From contig JBAXCN010000008.1 in the NCBI GenBank assembly GCA_037141455.1, positions 2,232 to 66,231 of the forward strand: DNA of 64,000 nucleotides. Reading direction: 5' to 3'. The notes under the pieces are model-generated. The model searched no databases. It was not told the origin of the DNA and was given only the letters and a program-made list of their open reading frames with translations. Numbering within the stretch: position 1 is the stretch's first letter; each line of letters begins with the position of its first letter. The position numbers were made by a program, and so were the translations under genes. This DNA comes from Bacteroidota bacterium. Its GTDB lineage: Bacteria > Bacteroidota > Bacteroidia > UKL13-3. This document shows positions 9,897-19,180 of the stretch, one piece after another.

Positions 9897-10976
9897 TTAG
9901 TTATTGTATCTAATTTTATTGGAAATAAACACCATCCTATTTATTAAATTATAATATGTTTTTTTGTATGTAAACATATTTATATTTTTAAATAATTGTA
10001 TTACAGCATTGGCTTTAGTAAAAAAATCTCCATTTATAAATGCGAAAACTATTATTTTTAATATTCGTAAATTAACCCACTCCGTAATAATTTTTTTATC
10101 TAAATTATCTAAATGATTGGACTTTAAATTGAAAAAGTCAAACTTGAGTTTTTTAAATAAACTAATTGCAGAATTAAAACTTTTGTAATCCCAATTGATT
10201 TTCTTTTTTAAAATAATAATGTCTAATGATTCACTATTTACATTGTAATTAAAAATTTTAAATATGTTATGTTTTGCTTTTAAAGTTGAATTTTCGTTTT
10301 GAATTTCTTTATTATTATTTGAAACACTATTTGGGTTTCGCCTATAAAAATATCTGTCTTTGTTATCAGTTTGGACAAATAAATTGATATTATTAAAAAG
10401 CAAATTTGAAAAAAGATCATAATCTTCAATATGCTGATTTTGTAAATTATCGCTAAAATTCACTTTTCTTAAAACAGAAGTTTTAATAAACATTCCAGGA
10501 TGAGCTAAAGGAGTTTCAAATAAACTTATAAATTTTGCAGATTGTAAAGTGTAACCATAAAACGACTCTACCTTGCTATGATAATTTCCATTTGGAGTAA
10601 CATAGGTTAAATAAGATGTAATAAGTTCTATATTTAAATTTTGATTTACAATTGCAATTTGTTTTTCTATTCTATTTAAAGGCATAATATCATCAGCATC
10701 AAACCTAGAAATATATAAACCATTGCATAAATCAATTCCTTTATTTAAGGTTTTTATTAACCCAATATTAGTTTCATTGTTATATAATTTTACCCTACTG
10801 TCTTTCTTTTCAAATTCTTTTAACTTTTCAAAAGTATCATCTGTCGAACCATCATTGATAATAATTAATTCAATATTCTTATAAGTTTGATTTATTATGG
10901 AATCAATGGCTTGCGTTACAAATGGTGCAACATTATAACATGGAATTAAAACGGAAACAAGTGGTTTATTTTCCAT
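9897..10976 (-). CDS. glycosyltransferase family 2
   Basis: Has an N-terminal VSVLIPCYNVAPFVTQAIDSIINQTYKNIELIIINDGSTDDT motif and a DADD motif. Confidence 0.85.
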   Translation of the reverse strand: MENKPLVSVLIPCYNVAPFVTQAIDSIINQTYKNIELIIINDGSTDDTFEKLKEFEKKDSRVKLYNNETNIGLIKTLNKGIDLCNGLYISRFDADDIMPLNRIEKQIAIVNQNLNIELITSYLTYVTPNGNYHSKVESFYGYTLQSAKFISLFETPLAHPGMFIKTSVLRKVNFSDNLQNQHIEDYDLFSNLLFNNINLFVQTDNKDRYFYRRNPNSVSNNNKEIQNENSTLKAKHNIFKIFNYNVNSESLDIIILKKKINWDYKSFNSAISLFKKLKFDFFNLKSNHLDNLDKKIITEWVNLRILKIIVFAFINGDFFTKANAVIQLFKNINMFTYKKTYYNLINRMVFISNKIRYNN

Positions 10977-11895
10977 TAAAAATTAATTTATTAAATAACC
11001 AATAGCTAGATTTGACAGTACGAAGAAAATTTTTATTTTTAAATATAAATTTTCTATACTTTAAGAAGTAATCCATTTTAGAAAACGCATTTTCTTGCAT
11101 AATTCTCAGTATTTTATAATCGTATTCAGTTTCAATTTCGGGTATTAAATATTTATGATGAAGTTGAGCAAAATATTTTTTTATTTCCAAAGTGCTTTTT
11201 TCAAAATCAATTAACTTTTTTGAATCAATACTTCTTGAAGCTGATTCGTTTAATATTCTATAAACTGCACTTACTTTATGCAAATATTTAATTTTTGTTT
11301 GTTTAGCAATATAAATCCAGAAAGGTAAATCGCCTAGTTTCCATGTTTTGTTAATTGGGTCAATATCGGTTAAATATTTTTTAAATAAAGTTGTTCTATA
11401 ACAAACAGTAACAGTACCAATTAAATTTACTTTACATAACAAATGTTCAAAAATATCATCGGAATTTGGGCGTTTAACTTTTAAATCTTCAAACGAGTTA
11501 TTCCATTCAATTAGTCTTTGGTAATTGGTATGCACTAAACCATAATTTTCATTTTCTTCCAAAAATTCTACTTGCTTTTGAAGTTTATGTTTATCTACCC
11601 AATAATCATCGCCTTCAAAATAAGCGGTATATTTCGAGTTTGGATAACTTAGTAAATCAACCCAATTTTTGTTAGCTCCTACATTTTTTTCTTGCAGAAT
11701 GAGTTTGATTTTATCTGGAAAATTTAATTGATATGCTCGCAATATTTCTCTAGTTCCATCTGTCGAAAAATCATCGGCAATTACTAATTCCCAAGCATAT
11801 TCGGTTTCTTGCATTAACACACTTTCAATTGCTTGAGCAATGTATTTAGCATGGTTATAAGTTATTAAACAAACTGTAATTAAGGGTTTATTCAT
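10966..11895 (-). CDS. glycosyltransferase family 2
   Basis: Has an N-terminal ITVCLITYNHAKYIAQAIESVLMQ...VIADDFSTDGT motif. It overlaps the downstream GT2 by 11 nt, which suggests translational coupling. Confidence 0.85.
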   Translation of the reverse strand: MNKPLITVCLITYNHAKYIAQAIESVLMQETEYAWELVIADDFSTDGTREILRAYQLNFPDKIKLILQEKNVGANKNWVDLLSYPNSKYTAYFEGDDYWVDKHKLQKQVEFLEENENYGLVHTNYQRLIEWNNSFEDLKVKRPNSDDIFEHLLCKVNLIGTVTVCYRTTLFKKYLTDIDPINKTWKLGDLPFWIYIAKQTKIKYLHKVSAVYRILNESASRSIDSKKLIDFEKSTLEIKKYFAQLHHKYLIPEIETEYDYKILRIMQENAFSKMDYFLKYRKFIFKNKNFLRTVKSSYWLFNKLIFNGK

Positions 11896-11906
11896 TAATT
11901 ATATTA

Positions 11907-12653
11907 CTATTTCCCCTTTTCACACATTAAAAAAATACTTGAACACAAGTCAGGATATTGTTGTCCTAATTGGTAGCAGCCTTCTAAGTATTCTTTCGAA
12001 ATAATGTCAGTATTTAATAATCTATCCCATTGAAAATTAGCCAATGCTTTAAAAAATATTCCCGAGCGATGAACTACTTTTAAACCTGCTGCTTTTGCAT
12101 CTCTTTCTAAAGTATCTAAGGTATAAGTTATATAATGGCCATGTTCTTTTTCGGCTGGAGTAATAGCAGCATTGTGACTTATTAAACCCATTTTAACAGC
12201 AATTTGCCTTGAAGGAGCATTGGCATTTGGACACACTAAAAAAAATCTTCCATCTTCATCAAGCCATTCATCGTTTATTCTTTTTAATACTGATACTGGA
12301 TTTTCAATATGTTCTAATACGTGGGTTAAAACTATATTGTTATATTTCTTAGGCAAATTTGCTGTTTCAAATAGTGAATTTACAAATTGAATATTGTGAT
12401 TTTTTAAGTCTGTTTTAGCTATTTCAATGGCTTCGTCCGATGCTTCAACACAGGTAATATCAGTAAAATGTTCAGTAAATCGTTTAGTAAAGTCACCTTT
12501 AAAACTGCCAAGTTCTAAAAAACTTCCTGGTTTAAAAAAAGGGATAAACGATTGTAACATATAATGATGCATCACATCAAAATCGAAATTATATGCGTAT
12601 TTATGGTCTGCTGTATCTTTTAACTCTTGGTTGTAGTTTCTTTTATTTTCCAT
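11907..12653 (-). CDS. class I SAM-dependent methyltransferase
   Basis: 248 aa with a motif-I-like FLELGSFKGDF followed by VEASDEAI and IVLTHVLEH. It overlaps the upstream GNAT gene by 11 nt. Confidence 0.65.
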   Translation of the reverse strand: MENKRNYNQELKDTADHKYAYNFDFDVMHHYMLQSFIPFFKPGSFLELGSFKGDFTKRFTEHFTDITCVEASDEAIEIAKTDLKNHNIQFVNSLFETANLPKKYNNIVLTHVLEHIENPVSVLKRINDEWLDEDGRFFLVCPNANAPSRQIAVKMGLISHNAAITPAEKEHGHYITYTLDTLERDAKAAGLKVVHRSGIFFKALANFQWDRLLNTDIISKEYLEGCYQLGQQYPDLCSSIFLMCEKGK

Positions 12654-13101
12654 CTTTTATTTTAATTGTATAGTTCAAAAAAATACTATCTACGTTTTCA
12701 TTTTCCTTAATAAAATTAAATTTATTATACAATGAAATGGCTTTTGTATTGTTTTTATTTACTTCTAATTTTATATTTTTTAATTCCAAATTTTCGCAAT
12801 AAGCAATGGCATTTTCTAATAATTTATTTGAAAAACCTTTACCAGTAAAATTTTCTTCAACACTAACATTGGTTATAAAAAGTGTTTTGTTTTCATCGTT
12901 TTTATAGGCTGCCAATAATCCAATTAGTTTTGTATTGTTCCAAATTTCAAATTTAATTGCTTTTTCGAATATTTTAAGTGAATATTCTTCTAGCGATATT
13001 CTTGTATTTAGTGGTGGTACAAATTGATTATTACAACTATTTAAATGTTGTAAAATATCGTGAAATGTTGCCGAATTATATTTAAATGCAATGTTATCCA
13101 T
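12643..13101 (-). CDS. GNAT family N-acetyltransferase
   Basis: 152 aa with a V..ENFTGKGFSNKLLENAIAYCE acetyl-CoA-binding-type motif (R/Q-x-x-G-x-G/A). Confidence 0.7.
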   Translation of the reverse strand: MDNIAFKYNSATFHDILQHLNSCNNQFVPPLNTRISLEEYSLKIFEKAIKFEIWNNTKLIGLLAAYKNDENKTLFITNVSVEENFTGKGFSNKLLENAIAYCENLELKNIKLEVNKNNTKAISLYNKFNFIKENENVDSIFLNYTIKIKDGK

Positions 13102-14063
13102 TAATTTACTGAAATAAGTTCAGCAGCACCAAATCCGTATTTACCAAATTCATTTCCATTGTACAACAAATAAACTTTTTTATTCACTTCAAAAATGTGA
13201 GGGTAACACATCATTTCGCTGTCCCAATCGTTTGCACTTAAATTTATTCCCGACTCTTCATCTGCTCTAGTCCAGTTTTCTAAATCGTAAGAGTAGGCAT
13301 AACCTATTTTATAACCCCTCTCTTTATTTTTCCTAAAGTCGGTAGCTTCTCTGTAACAAAAATACATGTGGTATTTGTTTTCAATAAAAATTACAGTTGG
13401 CAAAGCTTGGCATTCATCGTTGTTTAATACATCTGGGATAATTTGTTTTCCATCATTTTTATTCCAATTAATACCATCGGTTGATTTGGCTAAACCTATT
13501 TTGTATACCCTGGCTTGTGGCTCAAATTCAGTTTTAGGAATCCATTTTGTTCCAAAAATATAAAACATGTAAAACAAATTATTGAATTTTTTTACAAAAC
13601 CATCTCCAACTAAAAAAGGTTCATTTAACGATGGACCTAAAACAGGACCATTTCCAACTCTTTCAAAAGTTTCACCATGATCAAAACTTTGTGCTAGCCC
13701 TATTCCGGTATCAACAGGCACTGATATTCTTCTATTCCAACCGCAGGTATAAGCCCAAATTTTATCATCATTTTTAAATGGATTGATAGGAAAAATACCA
13801 TGTTCATCAAAAGTGCCTAACTTACCTAAACTAATCACAGTTTTTTTTGATACATTTAATACTTTACTTAAAGTTAAATCCATATCAATAAATGAAATAT
13901 AACTTAAATATTCCCCTTTATTATCTTTGGCTCTGGTTGAAAAATATATCCTTACAAAATTATCAAATACCAATGTTTGTGGCGATTGTGCAAATTCTTT
14001 GCAATTGTTTGATAATTGAAACTGCGCAGGGTCGAATATTTTACCTAATTTTTTCCATTCCAT
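13101..14063 (-). CDS. propeller-like protein of unknown function (paralog 2)
   Basis: 320 aa and clearly paralogous to 14065-15024. Shared blocks include WKKLG..F.P, EFAQ.P, VYFS.R, GTFDE.G, NEPF, S.DGI.W.K, MYFCYR and YGFG.AEL. The periodic Trp/Gly/Asp blocks suggest a five-bladed beta-propeller (GH32/43/130-like fold). This is inference only. Confidence 0.55.
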   Translation of the reverse strand: MEWKKLGKIFDPAQFQLSNNCKEFAQSPQTLVFDNFVRIYFSTRAKDNKGEYLSYISFIDMDLTLSKVLNVSKKTVISLGKLGTFDEHGIFPINPFKNDDKIWAYTCGWNRRISVPVDTGIGLAQSFDHGETFERVGNGPVLGPSLNEPFLVGDGFVKKFNNLFYMFYIFGTKWIPKTEFEPQARVYKIGLAKSTDGINWNKNDGKQIIPDVLNNDECQALPTVIFIENKYHMYFCYREATDFRKNKERGYKIGYAYSYDLENWTRADEESGINLSANDWDSEMMCYPHIFEVNKKVYLLYNGNEFGKYGFGAAELISVN

Positions 14064-14064
14064 A

Positions 14065-15024
14065 TTATTTTTCTAAAACTGCTAATCCAAATCCGTTTTT
14101 ACCTACCGAATTTCCTAAATAATACATATAAATATTTCCATTTAACTCAAATACATGCGGATAACTAATCATTTCCGAATCCCAACCTTCATCCGAAACT
14201 GAAATGCCAACATTTTCATCATCTCTTGTCCAATCAATTAAATTGGTTGAAAATGCATAGCCTATTCTGTAACCATTGGTTTTTCCTCTATAATCTTTTC
14301 CACCTCGGTAACAAAAAAATAGGTGATAAATTCCATCTTTAAAAAACACATCAGGACTGGCTTGCGCTTCGTTTTCTATTTTGCTTTCTATTAAATCTTT
14401 ATTGTGTTTTTCCCATTTAATTCCGTCAATAGAGGTAGCCATTTTTATTTTATAAATGGGTTCAGGTTTTCCATTATCCAAAATCCATTCAGTTCCTGCA
14501 ATATAAAACAAATAAAATTTATTGTTAAAAAACCTAATTTTAGGTCCGCTCAATATAAATGGTTCATTTAAAGTATATGGAATAATTGGACCATTGCCAA
14601 TTTTTTCGAATGTTTCTCCATTATTTGTGCTTTTTGCAAAACCTATTGAAGTATTAAATGGAACAGACTCACACCTTGTCCAGCCGGCATAATAAGCCCA
14701 ATACTCTTCTCCTTGTTTTATAACCGAAACTGGATATGTTCCAAATTCATCAAAAGTTCCTAACTCACCAAGTTTTAAAATGGGTTCCGTACTTATTTTT
14801 AATATTTTAAATAAATCGTTTTTATCAAAATCAACAAAGGCGGAATAACTTAAGTATTGTCCATTTTCATCTGCTTTTGGCCTACACGAAAAATATACCC
14901 TGATAAAATCAGAATGATGAACAACATGAGGTGCTTGCGCAAATTCGTTCATCCATTCAGGAGTATCTAAAATGGTGGGATTAAATACATTCCCTAATTT
15001 CTTCCATTTAAATTTTAAACTCAT
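14065..15024 (-). CDS. propeller-like protein of unknown function (paralog 1)
   Basis: 319 aa tandem paralog of 13101-14063. Its start overlaps the WbqC-like stop by 4 nt. Confidence 0.55.
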   Translation of the reverse strand: MSLKFKWKKLGNVFNPTILDTPEWMNEFAQAPHVVHHSDFIRVYFSCRPKADENGQYLSYSAFVDFDKNDLFKILKISTEPILKLGELGTFDEFGTYPVSVIKQGEEYWAYYAGWTRCESVPFNTSIGFAKSTNNGETFEKIGNGPIIPYTLNEPFILSGPKIRFFNNKFYLFYIAGTEWILDNGKPEPIYKIKMATSIDGIKWEKHNKDLIESKIENEAQASPDVFFKDGIYHLFFCYRGGKDYRGKTNGYRIGYAFSTNLIDWTRDDENVGISVSDEGWDSEMISYPHVFELNGNIYMYYLGNSVGKNGFGLAVLEK

Positions 15025-15725
15025 ATTAACACATACTCCTTTTCAATCATTCTTTTTGTTTCTTCTTTTGAGTTAAACATCATTACATCAATAATAGAAA
15101 GGAATGGAATAAATTCATTATTCAATTGCTTGTAAACACAATTATTTGCTTTTATAAAATTTAACTTTATTCCCTCGTTTAAAAAATGTTCTTTACTATA
15201 CAATTCTAATCCTCCAATTGGGTTTATATAAGTTTCTGCATTTAACTCCTTACAAATGGCTATTACTTTTTCTTCTGCTTTTAAACTATGGTTTATTTTT
15301 AAAGTAGATGAAACAACAATTTCAGTTTTTATTGATAAATAATTAAGTGTGTTTTTTAAAGCATTTAAAATAAAATCGAAAAGGGTTAAGTGTTCAAAAT
15401 TAAAACAAGTTTCTACTAAATTAAAAACTTCGTTGAAATAGGGTGCTTTTTTATAGTTCTCTTTTATTTTATTTAATACTTTAGTTTTTTCCTTTAACCA
15501 ATCTTTACTTAGTTCTCTCTCATTTACATTTAAAAAATCCGAATCGTTTTTCAATGGCAAAGTAAAGTACTCATCTTTCCCATTTAGCAGCAATCTATTT
15601 CTATTAATCCAGCCTTTTTTGGTAAATTGAATATTATCGTAAATAACAAATTTATCAACTGCATGTATTAATTGAAAATACCCAATATATGGGAAAATAT
15701 AAGGCTGCATAATACCTATTTTCAT
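15021..15725 (-). CDS. WbqC-like family protein
   Basis: 234 aa. The N-terminal MKIGIMQPYIFPYIGYFQLI matches the hallmark start of WbqC-like proteins found in O-antigen clusters. Confidence 0.65.
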   Translation of the reverse strand: MKIGIMQPYIFPYIGYFQLIHAVDKFVIYDNIQFTKKGWINRNRLLLNGKDEYFTLPLKNDSDFLNVNERELSKDWLKEKTKVLNKIKENYKKAPYFNEVFNLVETCFNFEHLTLFDFILNALKNTLNYLSIKTEIVVSSTLKINHSLKAEEKVIAICKELNAETYINPIGGLELYSKEHFLNEGIKLNFIKANNCVYKQLNNEFIPFLSIIDVMMFNSKEETKRMIEKEYVLI

Positions 15726-15728
15726 AAG

Positions 15729-16814
15729 TTAATTATTTAATGCCCTAAGTATTATTCTACAAACAAAATCAATTTCTTCGTTTGATAATTGATGGTAAAC
15801 GGGTAAACACAAAATTCGTTTTGCAATAGTTTCGCTTACTGGCATTTTATTTTCACTTTTATAAATTTCAACCGTATTTAGCGATGGATAAAAATACCTT
15901 CTTGGAAATATTCTATTGGCTTCTAAATCGGTTTTAACTTTTAATAAAATGGCTTCGCTTTCAAATATTACTGGATAGTAAGCAAAGTTATAAGAAGCAT
16001 TTTTATTTATTTCAACTTTGCCTATATCTGGCCTATTTAACCATTTATTGTATTGTAAACTTTGGTTTTTTCTCGAAAGTAAAATGGCTTCAATATTTTC
16101 TAAATTGGCCAAACCCATGGCTGCATGAAATTCTGAATTTTTCCCATTTATTCCCACCGCATCAAAATTTTCGGGCCCGTTATGACCAAAATTTCTTAAT
16201 AATGCCATTTCTTTTAAAAGCGCTGAGTCGTTAGTAAAAACTGCACCGCCTTCTACCGTATGAAACAATTTAGTAGCATGAAAACTAGTTGTCACTATAT
16301 CGCCAAACTCAAAAACAGATTTCCCATTATATTTTGTTCCAAAACAATGGGCGGCATCGTATATTACTTTTAAATGGTGTTTTTTTGCAATTTTATCAAT
16401 TGCCTCTATGTCGCATGGATTCCCAAAAACGTGAGTGGCTAAAATTGCAGTAGTATTCGGGGTTATGGCAGCTTCTATTTTTGCTGCATCAATATTAAAT
16501 GTTTTGCTATCAATATCTACAAAAACCGGTGTGCAACCTTCCCAAACAATGCTACTTGATGTAGCCACATAACTAAAAGGAGTAGTAATAATTTCGCCTT
16601 TTAATTTTAAAGCTTTTATAGCAATTTGTAAAGCTATGGTTCCGTTATTTAAGTACAACAAATGTGGAACTTGCAAATATTCTTTTAGTTTTAATTCTAA
16701 CTCATTTACCAATGGTCCATTGTTGGTCAGCCATTGCCTTTGCCAAATGCCTTTTAGGTATTTAGAATATGTTTCGAATTCGGGGAGATAAGGAACAGTT
16801 ACGTATATTGCCAT
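15729..16814 (-). CDS. DegT/DnrJ/EryC1/StrS family sugar aminotransferase
   Basis: 361 aa with a PLP-lysine context SFHATKLFHTVEGGAVFTND. The N-terminal region is typical of NDP-4-keto-sugar aminotransferases. Confidence 0.9.
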   Translation of the reverse strand: MAIYVTVPYLPEFETYSKYLKGIWQRQWLTNNGPLVNELELKLKEYLQVPHLLYLNNGTIALQIAIKALKLKGEIITTPFSYVATSSSIVWEGCTPVFVDIDSKTFNIDAAKIEAAITPNTTAILATHVFGNPCDIEAIDKIAKKHHLKVIYDAAHCFGTKYNGKSVFEFGDIVTTSFHATKLFHTVEGGAVFTNDSALLKEMALLRNFGHNGPENFDAVGINGKNSEFHAAMGLANLENIEAILLSRKNQSLQYNKWLNRPDIGKVEINKNASYNFAYYPVIFESEAILLKVKTDLEANRIFPRRYFYPSLNTVEIYKSENKMPVSETIAKRILCLPVYHQLSNEEIDFVCRIILRALNN

Positions 16815-17133
16815 TTTATAAAGACCTGCAATATAAACAAATCTTTAAAAAGCTAAAATAATTGATTTATTGAATTATTCAAAATTAATTAAAAGCAAAT
16901 TTAAAACTTTTATCACATTAACTTATTTAGGTTTATTACTACTAAATCATGGCTCAGATATTTTCAAGATAATAGCTAAACCAATATACTTTTCATAAAT
17001 TGATGCATAAAATTCTGCGAGAAAAGAAGTAAAAAACAAAAAAACTTATAGAACATTTAATGTTTGCAACAATTTTTATTTAAATTTTTAATAAACTAAA
17101 ATAGAAATTGTAAGGACCACTATTCCATTAACT

Positions 17134-17244
17134 TCGTGGGTGGGGTCGGCAAAAAGGCGGGCCAGCCTAAGCCTAGTGCGTGGAAGCTTTTTTTGCCTTG
17201 TCCCGCTTTGCGGGATTGTTTCTTTTTCATTTAAGGAAAAAGAA
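17134..17244. repeat. GC-rich palindromic intergenic island
   Basis: An ~84-bp core (17134-17217) is about 58% GC by hand count in a ~30% GC region. Hairpins are TCCCGC-TTT-GCGGGA (17201-17215) and TTCTTTTTC/GAAAAAGAA (17220-17244). The core shares GCTTT(G)CGGGATT with the module at 54971-54982. Confidence 0.6.
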
Positions 17245-17369
17245 AAAAGGAAAAATTGAAGTGGATTTTTAGAGAGTAGACAATTTAAGAATTGAATTAT
17301 TCAACAAGTAGTGAATGATTTATAAATAGTTAATCGATTTAGTAATTCAAGCCATTATGAATTTTAAGT

Positions 17370-18812
17370 TTATTTTTTAAGTTTATACCCATTTATAATT
17401 AAACCAATATCGTCAATAATGTCTTTTTTATACTTTTTAATTAAAATATAAAATATACCAACTGATAGCAAAATACTTAAAATGGAACCCAATATATTAT
17501 TTGTAAAAGGAATAAAAAATAGTTTTGAAACATATAAAATAATTAAATAAAATCCTGAAAGTGCTAACACCGGCATCATGTCAATTAATTGATTTTTTAA
17601 GTAATAACCCGATACATTGCCAGCATAATACAAGTTAAATAAAACTCCAATTAACGAAATGCCTAATATTCCGAATAATATGCCAACTATTCCAAATTGA
17701 AAGCCAACGGCAATTCCTAAAACTAACAATATTTTTTTTATAATTTCTAAATGCAAAAATTTATCAGACCTGCCTTTGGCTAAAATTAAATTAATGTTTA
17801 ATGCACTTATAGGATACAAAATACCAATAATGGCAAATAATTGAAAATATACTACCATATCTAACCATTTATTGCCTAAAAAAATGGTAACAATTTGGTT
17901 TGCAAAAATGCAAATAGTACCCATCACTGGGATTATAAATATATTTAATAAATTATTGGTTTTTAAGTAAATACTTTTAAGTCTTTCGGCATCGTTTTGT
18001 GCACCAGCCATTACTGGAAACAATACCCTTACAATAGCAGTAGTAAAAGTACCAACTGTAACGTTTATTAAATTTTGAGCAAAACTGTATAAACCCAACG
18101 ATGCTGCAGAAAAAAACTTTCCAATAATTATTGTATCAATGCTTCCAAAAAAAGTATTTAGTAGGCCAGAAATAAAAACCCTAAACCCAAAACCTAATAA
18201 CGATTTTATAGATTTAAAATGCAAAATAAATGAAGGCCTCCAACTTTGGAAGTACCAAACTATTATGGCATTAAACACACTATTTAATATTTGCTGATAA
18301 ACTAAAGCCCAAACACCAAAGTTAAAATAAGCCAAAATTAGCGCAATAATGGATGATAAAACTAAAGATACAGTTGAATAAATTTCTAATATTTTAAAAT
18401 TTAATGCTTTGGTTAAAATAGCATTGTGGGTTAACACCAACGAATTAAAAAAGAAGATGATAGAGAGTACTTGTATTATTTTAATTAACTCATTTTGATT
18501 ATAAAATAAAGCAACCCAAGGCGCACTAATAAAAAGTAATAGCGAAATAACTAAGCCTAAAATAAAAGTTAACCAAAACACCGATGAAAGTTCGGTTTGA
18601 TTCACTTCCTTTTTTTGAATTAAACTGGTAAATAAACCCAATTCGCTCATGGAGTTAAGCAAAACGGTTAATACACTTACCATTCCCATTAACCCAAATT
18701 CTTTTGGACTTAACAAGCGAGCTAAAATAATGCTTATACCAAATTTTACAACCAATTTAGTAAACTGACCCACTATAGCCCAAGTGCCTGCTTTAATTAT
18801 TTTATTTGTCAA
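17370..18812 (-). CDS. polysaccharide flippase (Wzx-like, MOP superfamily)
   Basis: 480 aa with about 12-14 TM helices. The N-terminal FGISIILARLLSPKEFGL motif is typical of polysaccharide biosynthesis (Wzx) proteins. Confidence 0.75.
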   Translation of the reverse strand: MTNKIIKAGTWAIVGQFTKLVVKFGISIILARLLSPKEFGLMGMVSVLTVLLNSMSELGLFTSLIQKKEVNQTELSSVFWLTFILGLVISLLLFISAPWVALFYNQNELIKIIQVLSIIFFFNSLVLTHNAILTKALNFKILEIYSTVSLVLSSIIALILAYFNFGVWALVYQQILNSVFNAIIVWYFQSWRPSFILHFKSIKSLLGFGFRVFISGLLNTFFGSIDTIIIGKFFSAASLGLYSFAQNLINVTVGTFTTAIVRVLFPVMAGAQNDAERLKSIYLKTNNLLNIFIIPVMGTICIFANQIVTIFLGNKWLDMVVYFQLFAIIGILYPISALNINLILAKGRSDKFLHLEIIKKILLVLGIAVGFQFGIVGILFGILGISLIGVLFNLYYAGNVSGYYLKNQLIDMMPVLALSGFYLIILYVSKLFFIPFTNNILGSILSILLSVGIFYILIKKYKKDIIDDIGLIINGYKLKK

Positions 18813-18873
18813 GTTTTAACTGTTTCAGTTTATTTTATTAAAAATAGTTATTTTTTATATGTCGCAATATTAC

Positions 18874-18946
18874 ATTAAAATAGGTTTTAAAAAATGATTA
18901 GAAAATAGTGATTAGTTTTGTTGCACCTATTTATCTATTTAAAAAT
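18874..18946. repeat. 73-bp direct repeat, copy A (degenerate copy of the wzy 3' end and its flank)
   Basis: Aligns with 20906-20978 with 8 mismatches in 73 positions (hand alignment). The segment equivalent to the last wzy codons carries an in-frame stop. Confidence 0.8.
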
Positions 18947-19054
18947 AAACAACTGGTGCGGTTTTGCAAATTGCTATTAATATTATTAGCATTTATAATG
19001 TGAAAATTACAGCACCAATTAATATATTTGTTTAAAATTTGCATGGTGAAAAGC

Positions 19055-19098
19055 GGATTACAAATCCATATAATAAATGATTCGGATTGCAATCCGAA
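19055..19098. repeat. pair of CGGATT-n-AATCCG palindromes
   Basis: GGATTACAAATCC lies at 19055-19067. A perfect 18-bp palindrome TTCGGATTGCAATCCGAA lies at 19081-19098. Both are in the divergent intergenic region. Confidence 0.6.
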
Positions 19099-19180
19099 TT
19101 AGCTAGAATAGTACATACTAGGATATTAAAATCAACTCCTAATTGAATCCCCAAATTAATGTGTGATTTATGCTAACCAG

